Shown here piece after piece: positions 26,297 through 39,269 of a stretch of DNA of 64,000 nucleotides (within the stretch, counting starts at the first letter, position 1; each line of letters starts with the position of its first letter). Location of the stretch: positions 312,170,001 through 312,234,000 of the forward strand of contig OZ024741.1 in NCBI GenBank assembly GCA_964016885.1, given 5' to 3'. This stretch comes from Eledone cirrhosa. Taxonomy: Eukaryota. The translations under genes were made by a program, and so were the position numbers. The notes beneath the pieces were generated by a model. It did no database searches. It was given only the letters and a program-made list of their open reading frames with translations, and was not told where the DNA came from.

Positions 26297-27534
26297 GACG
26301 TAAAATAAGAAAATTTTAAAAATTAAAAATCAACTTACTTACTAAAATTTTCACTCCAATTAATTAGTTTCCGTAAGGGGATAAATATAGTTACATAATA
26401 TAACTATAGAGAATTCCTTATGTCATCAGGGAGTCTATTCTCCGCTAAGTTCCCAGGCGATGCGCGGACACTAGGAACCCATATAAAAATGATAATAATT
26501 CAGTGGATGGAATAAAGCTAGCGAGGACTAATTCCGGAGCACTGAAAAAATTCACTGCCTCTGGTCAGTGGCAGATTCTAAAGAATCAATCGCGTGACAC
26601 TGAGGTTAATCAGTTAGGAGCGGGGTGGTATTATGACAAGAGCCTACTACTACCATGAATCAGCAGTAAATTTTGGCAAATTTTGCTCAACAAATAATTT
26701 GGAGATAAATATAGAGAATTAGTACATTTACCAACATATCTGTACAGATGTTCACCTATGCTAGCAAATATATATGTTATGTCTTAGTACCTTTGTGGTT
26801 CTATGCAGGGGGATGCAGAACAATTATATGAAAGACGTAAAATAAAAAAATTTTAAAAATTAAAAATCAACATACTTACTAACATTTTCACTCCAACTAA
26901 TTAGTTTCTGTAAGGGGATAAATATAGTTACATAATATAACTATAGAGAATCCTTACGTCATCAGGGAGTCTATTCTCAGCTAAGTTCCCAGGCGATGCG
27001 CGGTCACTAGGAACCCATATAAAAATAATAATAATTCAGTACTGCTGATTCATGGTAGTAGTAGGCTCTTGTCATAATACCACCCCGCTCCTAACTGATT
27101 AACCTCAGTGTCACGTGATTGATTCTTTAGAATCTGCCACTGACCAGAGGCAGTGAATTTTTTCAGTGCTCCTCGCTAGCTTTATTCCATCCACTGAATT
27201 ATTATTATTTTTATATAGGTTCCTAGTGTCCGCGCATCGCCTGGAAACTTAGCTGAGAATAGACTCCCTGATGACGTAAGGAATTCTCTATAGTTTTATT
27301 ATGTAACTATATTTATTAAGTAACTATATTTATCCCCTTTACAGAAACTAATTAGTTGGAGTGAAAATTTTAGTAAGTAAGTTGATTTTTAATTTTTAAA
27401 ATTTTCTTATTTTACGTCTTTCATATAATTGTTCTGCATCCCCCTGCATATAACCACAAAGGTACTAAGACATAACATATATATTTGCTAGCATAGGTGA
27501 ACATCTGTACACATATGTTGGTAAATGTACTAAT

Positions 27535-27538
<4 letters not shown>
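26291..27538. mobile_element. Non-coding 537-bp tandem unit (1.4 copies) plus inverted copy, three HHRs; retrozyme-like
   Basis: atgaaagacgtaaaataa at 26291 and 26828; 27040-27538 inverted; HHRs at 26353-26434(-), 26890-26970(-), 27263-27362(+). Confidence 0.85.
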
Positions 27539-27568
<30 letters not shown>

Positions 27569-28272
27569 CATACATGTATATATATAAGAAAGAAGGTGTG
27601 GTAAGATACCAGGTGGAGTTCGGATCTAGCTGACGATGCGGATGGAGCTCAGTCGTCGGGGTCCTGACTCTTTTCCTATAGGGTTCAAGAGATCAGACAC
27701 CATACCCTTTTGACTATATATGCCGCGTAGGGTAAGCTGAAATAACCCAGGATGCCTACCCGACTTTGCACGTCAACCTAGGCAAAAACATTGCCTGAGC
27801 CGGGACAGGTTGACCCGGATTCCATTGATATTCAGTCAAGTGCCTTACACCAATAAGACACTATACCTCAACCACAGTGAGATACTCCAGTATGGCCGGT
27901 CGACTCATACCCCGGCATGTGTATCTTTTCAGTAGAGAGTGCATACTCTCCACGCATTCCATTTTGTAACACCTAATGTATTTTCCGTACACAGACACAC
28001 GTGTGTATCTCATACTTCTCTCGTTTACTATCTCATATGCATACACGTTCCTTCTTCTTTTTTTATATATACTCTGCACGCATTTTCTATGTACTATTTA
28101 CTGTAATACCATGAACGCACATTTTGCGTGAAGATTCCATACATGCATTGATCCATGTTCGCAACGTAACAACATCTCTGTAGGCACATATAACAAGGTG
28201 CACCCTTTCATGTATAGCCCACTGTGTATCTTTATGTGCCGATATATGTATATTTTTTATATATTCTTATAC

Positions 28273-28327
<55 letters not shown>

Positions 28328-28330
<3 letters not shown>

Positions 28331-28517
28331 CGAAGGAAATGTGGTAAGGAACCAGGTGGACCATAACGCACCAAAGTACTCAATACTTGGGGTAGTAGAG
28401 TGGGTAATAGGAACAAGTAAGACCCCGACGGCTGAGCTCAAGCCGTTTTGACGGCTAACTCTGTACAGAATTAGCCGTCGAAACGGCTTGAGCTCAGTTG
28501 TCGGGGTCTTACTTGTT

Positions 28518-28522
<5 letters not shown>
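28328..28522. repeat. pLTR-like element with 116-bp terminal hairpin (28407-28522), between (TA)n tracts
   Basis: aggaacaagtaagaccccgacggctgagctcaagccgtt../..aacggcttgagctcagttgtcggggtcttacttgttcct. Confidence 0.9.
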
Positions 28523-28559
<37 letters not shown>

Positions 28560-28689
28560 TATATTAATAAAAACAATGAAATCGAAGAACAGGTTTCTTA
28601 TATTGAAAAATTCATCATTTTACGATCGTTTCTGGGATATATATGTGTGTTGGTATGTATATCATGTTAAAAATCTATGTAAAAAAATT

Positions 28690-30885
28690 ACAAATTATCA
28701 GAGGAGATATACATACCTTCACGTATACATGCCATCTTCAGATATGATGAAGTATGTTTATTGAAAGTATTAATATAATGAAGCTTTAGCTAGAAGCGGC
28801 CACATGAACAAATTAGTCTATATACGTTGCGCCAATAATATTTCAAACATACAACCTAATATTACCAACAAACACCAAATGAAAAATCCACACCTAAATG
28901 TCACTCATACTACACCTAAAAACACTAACCCAAAACTTAATTTCTCTACCTCTTCTCACATAAAAATATAATGACTTTCAAAAAACCATTCACCCTAATA
29001 GACTAACATTGTCAACAACATAAATAACATAATTCCTAATAATCAGACTAAATCACCTAAATCAAATAATCTAATTAAACCTATATATAATAAAACCACT
29101 AATAGTAACTCTCTCAGTAAACCTCCCGATACATCATATAAATATAAGAAACAATGTCGAAACCGTAATAGACGTGTTACTTGGTATAATGCTCCATTCC
29201 ATCTACAGATTGAAGACCACATCCCTAAAAAATTATTTGCTAACCTAGAGAAAAACTTCCCACAGAAACAATAAATACCACCAACTTTTAAATAGATCTA
29301 CTGTCAAATGTTCCTACTCCACTCCAATGAATATACAACAAAATATAAGCGCTTACAACACATATAAGTGTAAAAAAACATAAATCTACCACCAACATAT
29401 CAAACCAACCATAATAATACTAAATTAAACCAAAACAAACCACCTTTTTCTTCACCTATAATAGGTCCCGTAAACTCCACACCAATTTTGACTAATAATC
29501 TCCAAAACAAACAGAACTCTATTAGCTCCACATCCCCTAAACTATCACCCACCAATAACCTATCTAACCATACTAATCTAATTACAACCCATTCTAAACC
29601 ATACATTAATGTAAATAGTAACACTAATACCACTATAGATAATACAATCAACTCTCCTAATACAATATTTACGAATGGTTGTAACTGTAGAATCAAAAGA
29701 AATTGCCCATTAAAGGGAAATTGTCTTATAAATAACATAGTCTACAGATGTGTAATTATTACTGAGGACTCCACTCAAACCTATATAGGAGCTACATCTA
29801 ACCAATTTAAAGTAAGATTTAATACCCACAAACATAGTTTTAAAAATGCCGCATTAGCTCATACAACCTCCTTGACTGAAGCAAATAATAATTATGGAAA
29901 GAAGGACAATGATTACAACCTGACCTTGAGCGTACTCAAAAGGGCTACCCCTTACCAAAATAGCAGATATGAGTGTAGGTTATGCTCCCAAGAACTATTT
30001 GAAATCATGAAATCTTATGATATCCTATTAAATAAGCGACAGGAATTAATTATATCATGCAATCATAAAATTAGAAAAACCTTCAAATATTATAAACTTA
30101 ATTAATAAATACCTAACTCTTATATTTTACAAATTATTATAATTAATTTTTAAAAAATAACTTGGTTAACCTATACTTAGAATTTTATTACAGAGAGTTT
30201 CATAATTTTATTTCCCTCTTACAGCTCTTTTTACCTAATTTTATATTTAACCTTACTACTTCTTTTAATATCATCCCCTATTCATCACATTTAATACCTA
30301 GGATTATTATATATAATTATTATCTTTAATATTTGGATATTTAGATGGATACACTACTTTTTATAAAATGTTATCTATTTCAGTTTTTCTATATATATTT
30401 TTTATTTTAAAATCTTTTTACTTCTTTATTAATCACTTTCATTAGAATTAATATAATTTTAACTCTGTAAGTATACCTATCAATTATTTTAATTTCCTTT
30501 TATGTATCTAGATTCATTGAACTCTAAATAGGATTAGTATATCTCATTAATACTCTTACCCCCACAACATTTCGGATTGTTACAAACAGCGGACAGCAGA
30601 GGCCACGTACCGTTCTTCTCCGACAGATAACTGCCCCCGCCCGGAAAACCCCCCAGTTTATGGATGCAAATCCGAAATATAGGTACAATTAAATCTCTCC
30701 CATGGTAACTCTATCTCGTGTTATTATTTTTATATTTTACGCTCTTTCTTACGTTCCTCTACACACTATACATCTCATTCTACATTCCCTTACAACTCTC
30801 TCTTCACAACCGGATTCTGTTACCCGGATATTTACCCATCTACATTCTTGAAGCTTCTAAAACGACCCAAAAAAACCCATATATA
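28690..30885 (+). mobile_element. 5'-truncated PLE (thumb end + GIY-YIG; possibly Nematis-type)
   Basis: YNEALARSGH, RRVTWYNAPF, NRSTVKCSYS, CNCRIKRNCPLKGNCLINNIVY..YIGATSNQFKVRFNTH..CRLC..LLNKRQELIISCNH. Confidence 0.8.
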
Positions 30886-33800
30886 TATATATATTTTTAG
30901 GTTGAGACAGTAAACAGAAAACAAAAAACAAACAAACGTGGAAGCGAAGAGGCAGTACAAATGTTAATATTAGTTTCACGCTTGTAGAGTGGGGTGGTGG
31001 GGGACGAGGTTTTGGAGATAAGCCCTTCATCAGAAGAAAAGTGGGAAGAGAGTTCCGAGGTTGTGTGCGGGAGTGATGGAAAGACATTAAAAAACGGGGG
31101 GTGGGGGAGAAATAGGAGGAAAATATATTTTTATAGAGTAAAAAAAATTAAAAAGTAAAAAGAAACAAGTGGTGAAAGGGTGTGAGCCGTGTAGGGTGGT
31201 GGTGGGTGTAATGTACTGGTGTGTGTCTGCGTGTTTGGATATGAGTGTGTGTGTGATAGAGTGGGTGTTACTATTACTGGTGGTGAGGGGAGGGGTATAA
31301 TGTGGATGTGTAAGTGGGGGTTAGTGGTGGTAGTGTGTGTGTGGAGTGGGTGGGGTTTCGGTGTGTACGTAGGTGTGGGTGAATGTATGTGTGTTGGTGT
31401 GTGTTCGTGTGTGTGGGTAAGGGGGAAGATGAGTTGGGGGTGTTAGTAATAATAGTGGTGGGGTTGTCAGATGTGGATATGTGGGTGGGGGTTAGTGGTG
31501 GTAGTAGGGTGTGTGAATAGTGTGAGTGCGTGTGTATATGTACAGGTGGGTGTGTGTGTTGAGGGTGTGGGTGCGCCTATGCTAGGGGGAGGGTGGGGAT
31601 GTTAGTATTATTAGTCGTGGGGTGGGCCGGAGAGGTGGGAGTGTTAGTATTATTAGCTGTGGGGAGCCAAGGGTTGGGGGTTGACAGTGAAACTAGAGAG
31701 TGTGTTAGTGGTGTTAGTAGGGGTTGTGTGTGTGTGTGTGGGGGGGGGGGCAAATGCTAAAGGAAGAGGGGTGGGGATTTCTAGCCGGGGGTGTGTAGGT
31801 CTGTAGGGTGAAGGATTGTGTGTTGTTCGACCGTGAGGCGGGTGGCGGGGGTCCTATGTTATTGGTTCAGGTCACAGTCAGTGAGGTGGTGGGCGGAATG
31901 TCCAGGGGAAGCAAAGTGGCGGGCGACGGTGGAACTCCCGCCGAGACAAATATCTCGAATGTGCTCGGTGAACCGATCCGCCAGGCGACGTCCAGTTTGT
32001 CCGGCGTAGGATGGAGGAGGTGCAGCGGAAGGCATGTCGGACAGAGAGAGAAAGCGGCCGTTGGGACCTGGGAGGTGGTGGTGTTGGTGATGTGGGGGAA
32101 GGGAACAGAACTGGGGGGGGGAGCTGCGGACGAGGAGGGAGCGGAGATTACGCGCGCGTTTGAAGGAAGGGAGGAGTGGGATGGGAAGATGGGGTAGGTG
32201 GAGGTGTTGGACTGGAAGCGTCGGAAAAGGCGGAGGATGGTGCGTTGGAGGGGTAGGGTGGGAGGTTGTTAGGTGAAGGGGTGCGGGAGCGTGTGGTGAG
32301 GGCGGTGGCGCGGTAGACAGCATGGGTGCGCGCGAGAGCAGCGTGGACGCGGGAGGGGTTACCTCTCCGGATGAAATGGCTGACTAGAGACAGGGCCTGG
32401 GACTCGAAGTCAGCTTTTCGACTGCAGAGGAGACGGATCCGGAGGAGTTAGGAGTAGGGAATGTAGTGTTTGGTGTGGGTGGGTGGGTGGTATGTGGTGA
32501 ATCGAGGTAAGAGTGGGAGTCGGTGGGTTTTAAGAAGGCGGAGGTGACGAGCGAATGGTGGGAGGGTTCGTTGGCGACGCAGATATCCAAGAAGTTGACG
32601 TGGGTGGTAGAGGTGGTGAAGTGTGGGGGGGGGACAGATGAAGGAGAGAAAGGAATCGAGCTGTGTCGTCGGGTGAGGGTCGTAGCTCCGATGCAGTCGC
32701 CGATGTACCGACCGTACAGTTTGGGCGTGGAGCCGGTGTACTGGGTAAAGATTTGGACCTCAACATGGCCAACGAAAAGGTTGGCATTGTTTGGGCCATT
32801 CTTGTGCCTATGGCTACCCCAGTGACCTGTTGGTAAAACTCACCCGAGAAGGAGAATCAGTTAACGGTGAGAACCAGCTCGGTGAGGCGAAGGAGGGTGG
32901 GGGGTAGAGTGAAGGGGCGAAGGACGAAGATTGAGGTAGTGCCGGAGGGCGGGTAGGCCGTCGGCGTGGGACATGACGATGGATAGGGACTTAATATCTA
33001 GGGTGAAGAGGTGGGGTGTGGGCAGTGTGGGAAAGTGAGGGAGTCGAACAGGTGAAGAGCGTGGTTGGTGTCGGAGATGTGGGGGGGGGGGGTGACGAGG
33101 ATGGAATCAAGAAAGGCGGAGGTGTGTTCTTAGGGGCAGTTGCAAGCGGAGACGATGGGGCGGCCTGGGTTGTCGGGTTTGTAGATCTTGGTGAGGATAT
33201 AGATGGTGGGGGTGAGGGGGTGCGGGCGATGAGGTGGGGGTGCGGGGGTGCGGACGATATGGTGGGAAGCGTTGGGAGAGAGGAGGGAGTAGGGAGGTGG
33301 TAGGCGGAGACGAGATGTTTGATGGTGGAGGAAACTTGTGGTTGGTAGAGCGTGTGGAGTCAGAAGGTAGAGGGCTGTAGAAGAGGGGGTTACAGAGCTG
33401 CCTGAGTGCTTCGGCCGTGTAGGGGTCAGCGCGCCACACCACCACGCACCTACATTGTCCGCCGGTATGATGAAGATATCGTCGCGGCTACGGAGGAAGC
33501 GGAGAGCGAGGAGTTCGCCCGTGTACTCCTATGCCGTTTGGAGTGTCGGCGGAAGTCGAAGCGATTTACTGCGTTCTGGCAGGCGCCGACGAACGTGTTC
33601 AGGGTGCTAAATTGCGCGGGTGCCGACCTCCTAAAAGATGGTTGTCGACCCAGGGTGAGAAAGGGGTATGGCGTGTTCGGAGCCGGTGGGTGTTGTAGAA
33701 GTGTGCCTGTAGCTTAGTGCATCGCTCGAATCGCTCGACATGCGCTCGGGTGCGGAACTCGTCTGTACGGGGTGTGGGGGGAGTGTGTAGTCGAGGTTTC

Positions 33801-35530
33801 AGATGGTGGAGAGGGAGGAGCGGAGGGAGTTGTGCATGAGGAGACGTGAGGTGCGGGTGATGATATGTAGGGTGGAGTGGGAAACGGAGGGGGAGGCGTG
33901 GAAGTGCAGTCGAAAGCCAAGGGAGATGAGGTGGAGGTGAAGGCAGCGGCTGAGGAAATGGATGTGGCTGGAATGCCAGGTTTTGGCGAATAGGAGATAA
34001 GAGAGTTGGAGTGCTGAAGGGAGATAGCAGGGTAGGAGGAAAATAAACAAATGAAATAAAATAATAAAAAATAATAAAAAATAGAAAAATAATTTAAAAA
34101 ATGGACAGAAAATCGCAGACAGAAAGAGAGAAGGTTTTGTGAGAGGAGATTGGGAAAAATCCAGAAGTTGGTCATGGCGATTTAAATCGGAGTTGAGCCG
34201 GTGTTCGAAGGGGGTACTCCAGGTTGGATTAGAGGCCGTGGAAGCGTGTATATATATATTTTAAAGTTCAGACAGTAAACAGAAAACAAAAAAAAACAAA
34301 AACACAACGAGGAAGCGAAGAGGCAGTACAAATGTTAATATTTGTTTTACGCTTGAGAGTGGGGGGTGGGGGACGACATCTCGGGCAGGAGAAAAGTGGG
34401 CAGGAAGAGAGTTCCGGGGGTGTGTGGGGCAGTGGTGAAAAGGCATTAAAAAAGGGAGGGGGATATTTTTTATAGAGAGTAAAAAAAAAAAAAAATAAAC
34501 AAGTGGTGAAAGGGTGTGAGCGTGTATGGGTGGTGGTGTGTGGAAGCGGTGGGTGTGAGGAGGGGAAGGGAGACGAGGCGTCAGAGCGGGGAGGGCTGAA
34601 GGTGGTGTGTGTATGTGTGTAGGTGTACGTGTGTGTGTGTGGATGTGAATGTGAGAGTTGGGGGAAGAACGAGGTTCCATTTTCGGGTAATAGAGAAACC
34701 AGTTATACATAGGGTGGGATGTAAGTCGGTGTGTGTGTGCGTGTGGATGGAGAGGAGTCAGAGGGGATGTGGGAGAGGGGACGTGTGGTGTCCGGAGGCT
34801 GAGTGTGTCTATGTGAGGATACGCACGTGTGTGTGTGTTTATATGTGATGTGGAAGTATGGTTGCGTGGTGCGAAAATAGTGTAAGTGTTAGTGTGTGTG
34901 TGTTCCCGGATGTTTTTCCACGGACTATGAGACCGGATGTTGGAGATTGGGAGTGTGGCATGGTCGATGGCTGGAGCGATAGACCGGTGGTGTAAAATCC
35001 TGGTATAGTAGTGAGGAGGCTTACAGGTATAGAGATGATCTGTAAGTGGTGTGGAACGTGTGTATGTGTGTACGGAGGTGCGGTGGACAGGGTAAGTGTG
35101 ACAGGTGGAGGGAAAGGGTGGTGTGTGGGGGTGTATATTAGTGGAGGTGTTAGTGGGATGTGTATGAGTGGGGGTTTTGGTAGAGCGGGGAAAGAGAGCG
35201 GGAGAAGAAGGTGTGGGGACAGTAGGAAAAAGTGTAATGTACTGGTGTGTGTGTGTGTGCTTATTTGGATATGAGTGTATGTGTGTGTTAGAGTCGGTGT
35301 TAGTGTTACGGGTGGTGCGGGGAGGGGTTGAATGCGGGTGTGTGAGTGGGGGTCAGTGGTGGTAGTGTGTGTGTGGAGTGGGTCGTGTATCGGTGTGAAC
35401 GTAGGTATGGGTGAGTGTATGTGTGATGGGGTGTGTTCGTGTGTGTTTGGTGAGGGGGAAGGTGGGTGGATGGCTTGGGGCGGGGTTTAGTAATATTAGC
35501 GGTGGTGTGGTCAGATGTGGATGTGTGGAT
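30885..35530 (-). mobile_element. Penelope-like element in partial tandem: pLTRs at ~30890-31180 and ~34255-34540, decayed ORF ~34050-31790
   Basis: SHIHFLSRCL, VVVW, PGRPIVSAC, GVA.GTRM..NNANLFVG, YIGDCIG, VNFLDI, LKPTDSHSYLD, GQTGRRLADRFTEH; direct repeats at both ends. Confidence 0.88.
31003..31033 (-). ncRNA. Degenerate minimal HHR in PLE pLTR
   Basis: CTGATGAAGGGcttatCTCCaAAAcctcgTC; the other pLTR keeps gcccgagatgtcgtc. Confidence 0.5.
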
Positions 35531-35579
35531 ATATTGTTATACTTGGGGAGGGTCATATTGTTGTAATATTGCAAGAAAT

Positions 35580-36114
35580 AATCATTGTTTCTACATTAGG
35601 CCAGCAATCAAAGGCCAGCAATCAACCAGTACATTACTGGTACTTTATTTTATCGACCCCGTAAGGAGGAAAGGCAAAGTTAACCTCGGCGGGATTTGAA
35701 CTCAGACTGTAAAGGGACGTAACTATACTAGAAAGCATGGCGTCCAACCCTCTACCGATACTGCCAATATACCGCCCTAAATAATAATTGTTCCTACTTT
35801 AGGCACAAGATCAGCAATTACCCAGTGCATCAGTGGTACTTTATTTTATCGACCCCGTAAGGATGAAAGGCAAAGTCAACCTCGGCGAGATTTGAACTCA
35901 GATCGTAAAGGGCCGCCCTAAATAATAATTGTTTCTACTTTTGGCACAAGGCCAGCAATTATTCCAGTGCATTACTGGTACTTTATTTTATCGACCCCGT
36001 AAGGATGAAAGGCAAAGTTAACCTCGGCGGGATTTGAACTCAGATCATAAAGGGAGGTAACTCTATGCTTCAAAGCATGGCGTCCGACCCTTACCGATAC
36101 TGCCAATCCACCGT
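35580..36114 (-). mobile_element. Three tandem SINE copies (35580-35778, 35783-35918 partial, 35923-36114)
   Basis: Repeated SINE core, head ggcggt..tggcagtatcgg on minus strand. Confidence 0.9.
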
Positions 36115-36801
36115 AAATAATAATAGAACACAATCACTGTTTGGTTGATTTTCGCTTCTGCATCTTTTATATCTCCATAGTTAATTTATTCGGCCATCAA
36201 TGTTTATCATTGACTGACCAAAGGCTAAAAATATAGATAAAAATATATATATATAGTCTAACGAAGTTCTTTCGTTGTACATCCATAACATCATCAGTGG
36301 TTATATTATCATTTTTCCTCCTATTGTCTTGCAATGTATTGTATTGTCTACGCCATTTTTATTTTATCTATTTATTTAGTTATTCATTTTTGTCTCCGTC
36401 TCTGCGCATGCGGTTGCGGGTGTATATAGTGGCTGGTGTGTGTTCGCGTTTGGGTGTATGTGTTTTGGTATTTGTATATTATCTTTGTTTATTAGTGTGT
36501 GCTTATATGTGTTTGTTGTTATTGTACTTGTGTATATATTTAGTTATTTATTTATTTATTTATATTTCTCATAAGTCAGTATTGTTTGTTTGGGTATGGT
36601 TGCTGTTGCTATTACATTCAATCTTTTTCTGTTTAACTTTGGCTTTCTAAGCTCTATTTCGCTCGATTCTGTGATTTGTCTATCTGTCGGGTTATTTCTA
36701 TGTTTAGATATTGTTTTAATTTCTATGTTGTCTATGTTACCGCCATGTTGTTGTCTGGTGTGTTCGTATAGTACTGAACCGTTTTTGAACCGTTTAAATA
36801 A

Positions 36802-36917
<116 letters not shown>

Positions 36918-37244
36918 GTGTGTGTTTCTATGTGTGTGTGTGGTGCTCGAGTGTGTATGTGCGTGCGTGTGTGTGTGTATGAAGGTTGCAAACTCTGCTA
37001 AGAATATTGCAATCGCTTGTAACAGATCCTAAACAAGCAATTCCTGTGCTTTGAAAGTTTTAGGAAAAGGATTTCACTCGTCCAATCCCACTCTCTGAGC
37101 ATTGAAATCATTGCCAGAAAAGGAGAACTGATCAACATCATCGGATGCTTCAGAAGCCGCAGTTATTTTTTCAGAGTTTCCCTCTCTTAGAAAGGTGTTG
37201 AGACAATAACAGAGGCCCTTTCACTCCTAGGTGAAAAAAAAAGT

Positions 37245-37450
37245 ACTATTTAGATGGCCTTTGACTCAGCTGAGTTCGTCCGCACTTTCTCGGGCTTTTG
37301 TATTTCATCCCGCAGGGTGTCCAAATATCACCCTCCTCACCAAGCTATCTTGGTGGGGTTGCCGGTTTAGTCGCCGCCGACCCTACCATGAGCCAGGTTG
37401 TACTGGGTTACATGTTACCAGTAGCACGCAAGAGCGACCTGACATAACTA
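37245..37450 (-). mobile_element. GC-rich segment resembling an RTE/RTE-X LINE 5' UTR
   Basis: gggtcggcggcgactaaaccggcaaccccacc..ggtgaggagggtgatatttggacaccc; recognition from memory only. Confidence 0.3.
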
Positions 37451-37518
37451 TATATATATATATATATATGATAAAATAATAGGAGGCTGGACTGGCCTAC
37501 TTCTTTGAAAGGTTTATT

Positions 37519-37576
37519 ATACTATAATCATTTCAATGACCGGGTTCAGTATGAATCCGATGACATCATCAAGTAT
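37519..37576 (-). ncRNA. Type I hammerhead, C3->U
   Basis: ATAC-TTGATGA-tgtcaTCGGATTCA tac TGAACCCGGtcatt-GAAA-TGATTA-TA-GTAT. Confidence 0.6.
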
Positions 37577-38863
37577 TTGAAATGTAGCAAATAAATAAAA
37601 TAGACAAAATCCCTGGGGCTGAAAATCAGAGACCTGAGGACGACCGAATATTTAGCATCTTCTACCCCGGTCGGCTGCCCTCAAGTGTTGACTATTAAGC
37701 CTACTTATGTCCATCTGGTGAAGGGACGCAAGCTTATCGTGTACTACTACCCCCCGTTAAAGACAGAGGCCAGTATTGAGATCAGGTTACAATCAAGCTT
37801 TTCATGCGTGCTAGAATGTGCCACGAAAAACATTATTTCAAAGAACATATATTCTATGTTTCAAAATTATTTTGGGGATCCTTAAGGTTAAATGTGGGGT
37901 TATATGGGGTTACAGGTTCGGTTCTATCGGATATTTTCAGTTTTTTTTAGTATGCTGTGATGTTTTACTTTGTTGTGATGTGTTTGCTTTTTGAATTTAA
38001 TCCAGTAATATCTACAAACATCTACCAATTATCCTGTCAGCCCATAAATCAATCTAGCCTTTGCTCGTTGTTTATACTCTCGGACGAAACAATTAGATCT
38101 ACATATCTCATATTAGCACCCATGACCTCTAACAGATGAACTTAACTCTAAGTACATTATCTTATTACCCGTACACGCCTTGAAACTGTTATTTTCTTAT
38201 TTTCTTATTATTATTATTATGATCATCACAACGTACCCTATCCCTAATTTTATTCATCATGTTCTCTATCTATTTACCATGCATATTTTATTGTTGATTT
38301 ATTGTCTTACTTATACGCTATCTGTCATCGATGCTGTGAAAACTAAACCCCCATGATTCGAACTAGCAATCCCAACATTTAGAATAAGCCACCTACACCT
38401 TAAAATACTGAATCTACAATTTCACTTAATACCACCTAAGAACCATATACATTTATACACTCACTCTATCAATATAACTAAGTTGATACAACGAAAATAC
38501 TTATCTGTCGAAAAATAAAACAATCTCCGGATTCTTGCTAGTGTGCTTTTAGACCCACAGCACACTGTATCTAGATCTCTCATAATTGCACTTAAAGGGT
38601 AGATTCCAAAAATCTGACATTGAGTACATTTTATTAGTTATCTCTTCATCCCTCAAAAACTGCATCTAATGTAATCTATAGTAGTTTTCACATGTCAACT
38701 TAATACATCTGTATCATATCAGTTCGTTAACCATGCTAGTTCTATTTCTTACTGATATTGATGTTATTATTTTAACTATTCAGTATCTATTGATATTATT
38801 GCCCTGGTCTAATACCACCCCTCTATAAAAGTCATGCCTTGCGTATTATCCTCACATTCGCTC

Positions 38864-38969
38864 GCTCTGATGAATTAACTGGTTATAATCAAAGTATTGG
38901 AGACCGATGACGCAACATCTAGCGATTAGCGAACTCTAGACCTACTAGATCAAAGAAACAATTGTCAGC
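38864..38969 (+). ncRNA. Type I hammerhead with ~80-nt stem II region
   Basis: GCT-CTGATGA-..~80 nt..-GAAA-CAATTG-TC-AGC; homolog at 42086-42186. Confidence 0.65.
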
Positions 38970-39194
38970 ACTGTGAATAAATCCCTTATTGTACAGCCAA
39001 ACATGTTTCTCTTATTTATTGACTTATTATTACTCCAAGTATAACCTACATAGAAATCACTCTGAACTCGCTGCATCACTATGGAAGCGTCTTGTTGAGT
39101 CAAACTAAGCCTCACATTGACACCATCCACAACACGGAGTACTCTAACTATACTACCTCTAAGTGGATTACCTATAACGATAACTTGTTATCCC

Positions 39195-39269
<75 letters not shown>

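Noticed and set aside
30650-30685. GGAT gcaa ATCC-GAAA-TA-TA-gg, and similar partial HHR-like strings near 39310, 42730 and 43810
   Set aside because: CUGANGA or stems too degenerate to support individually
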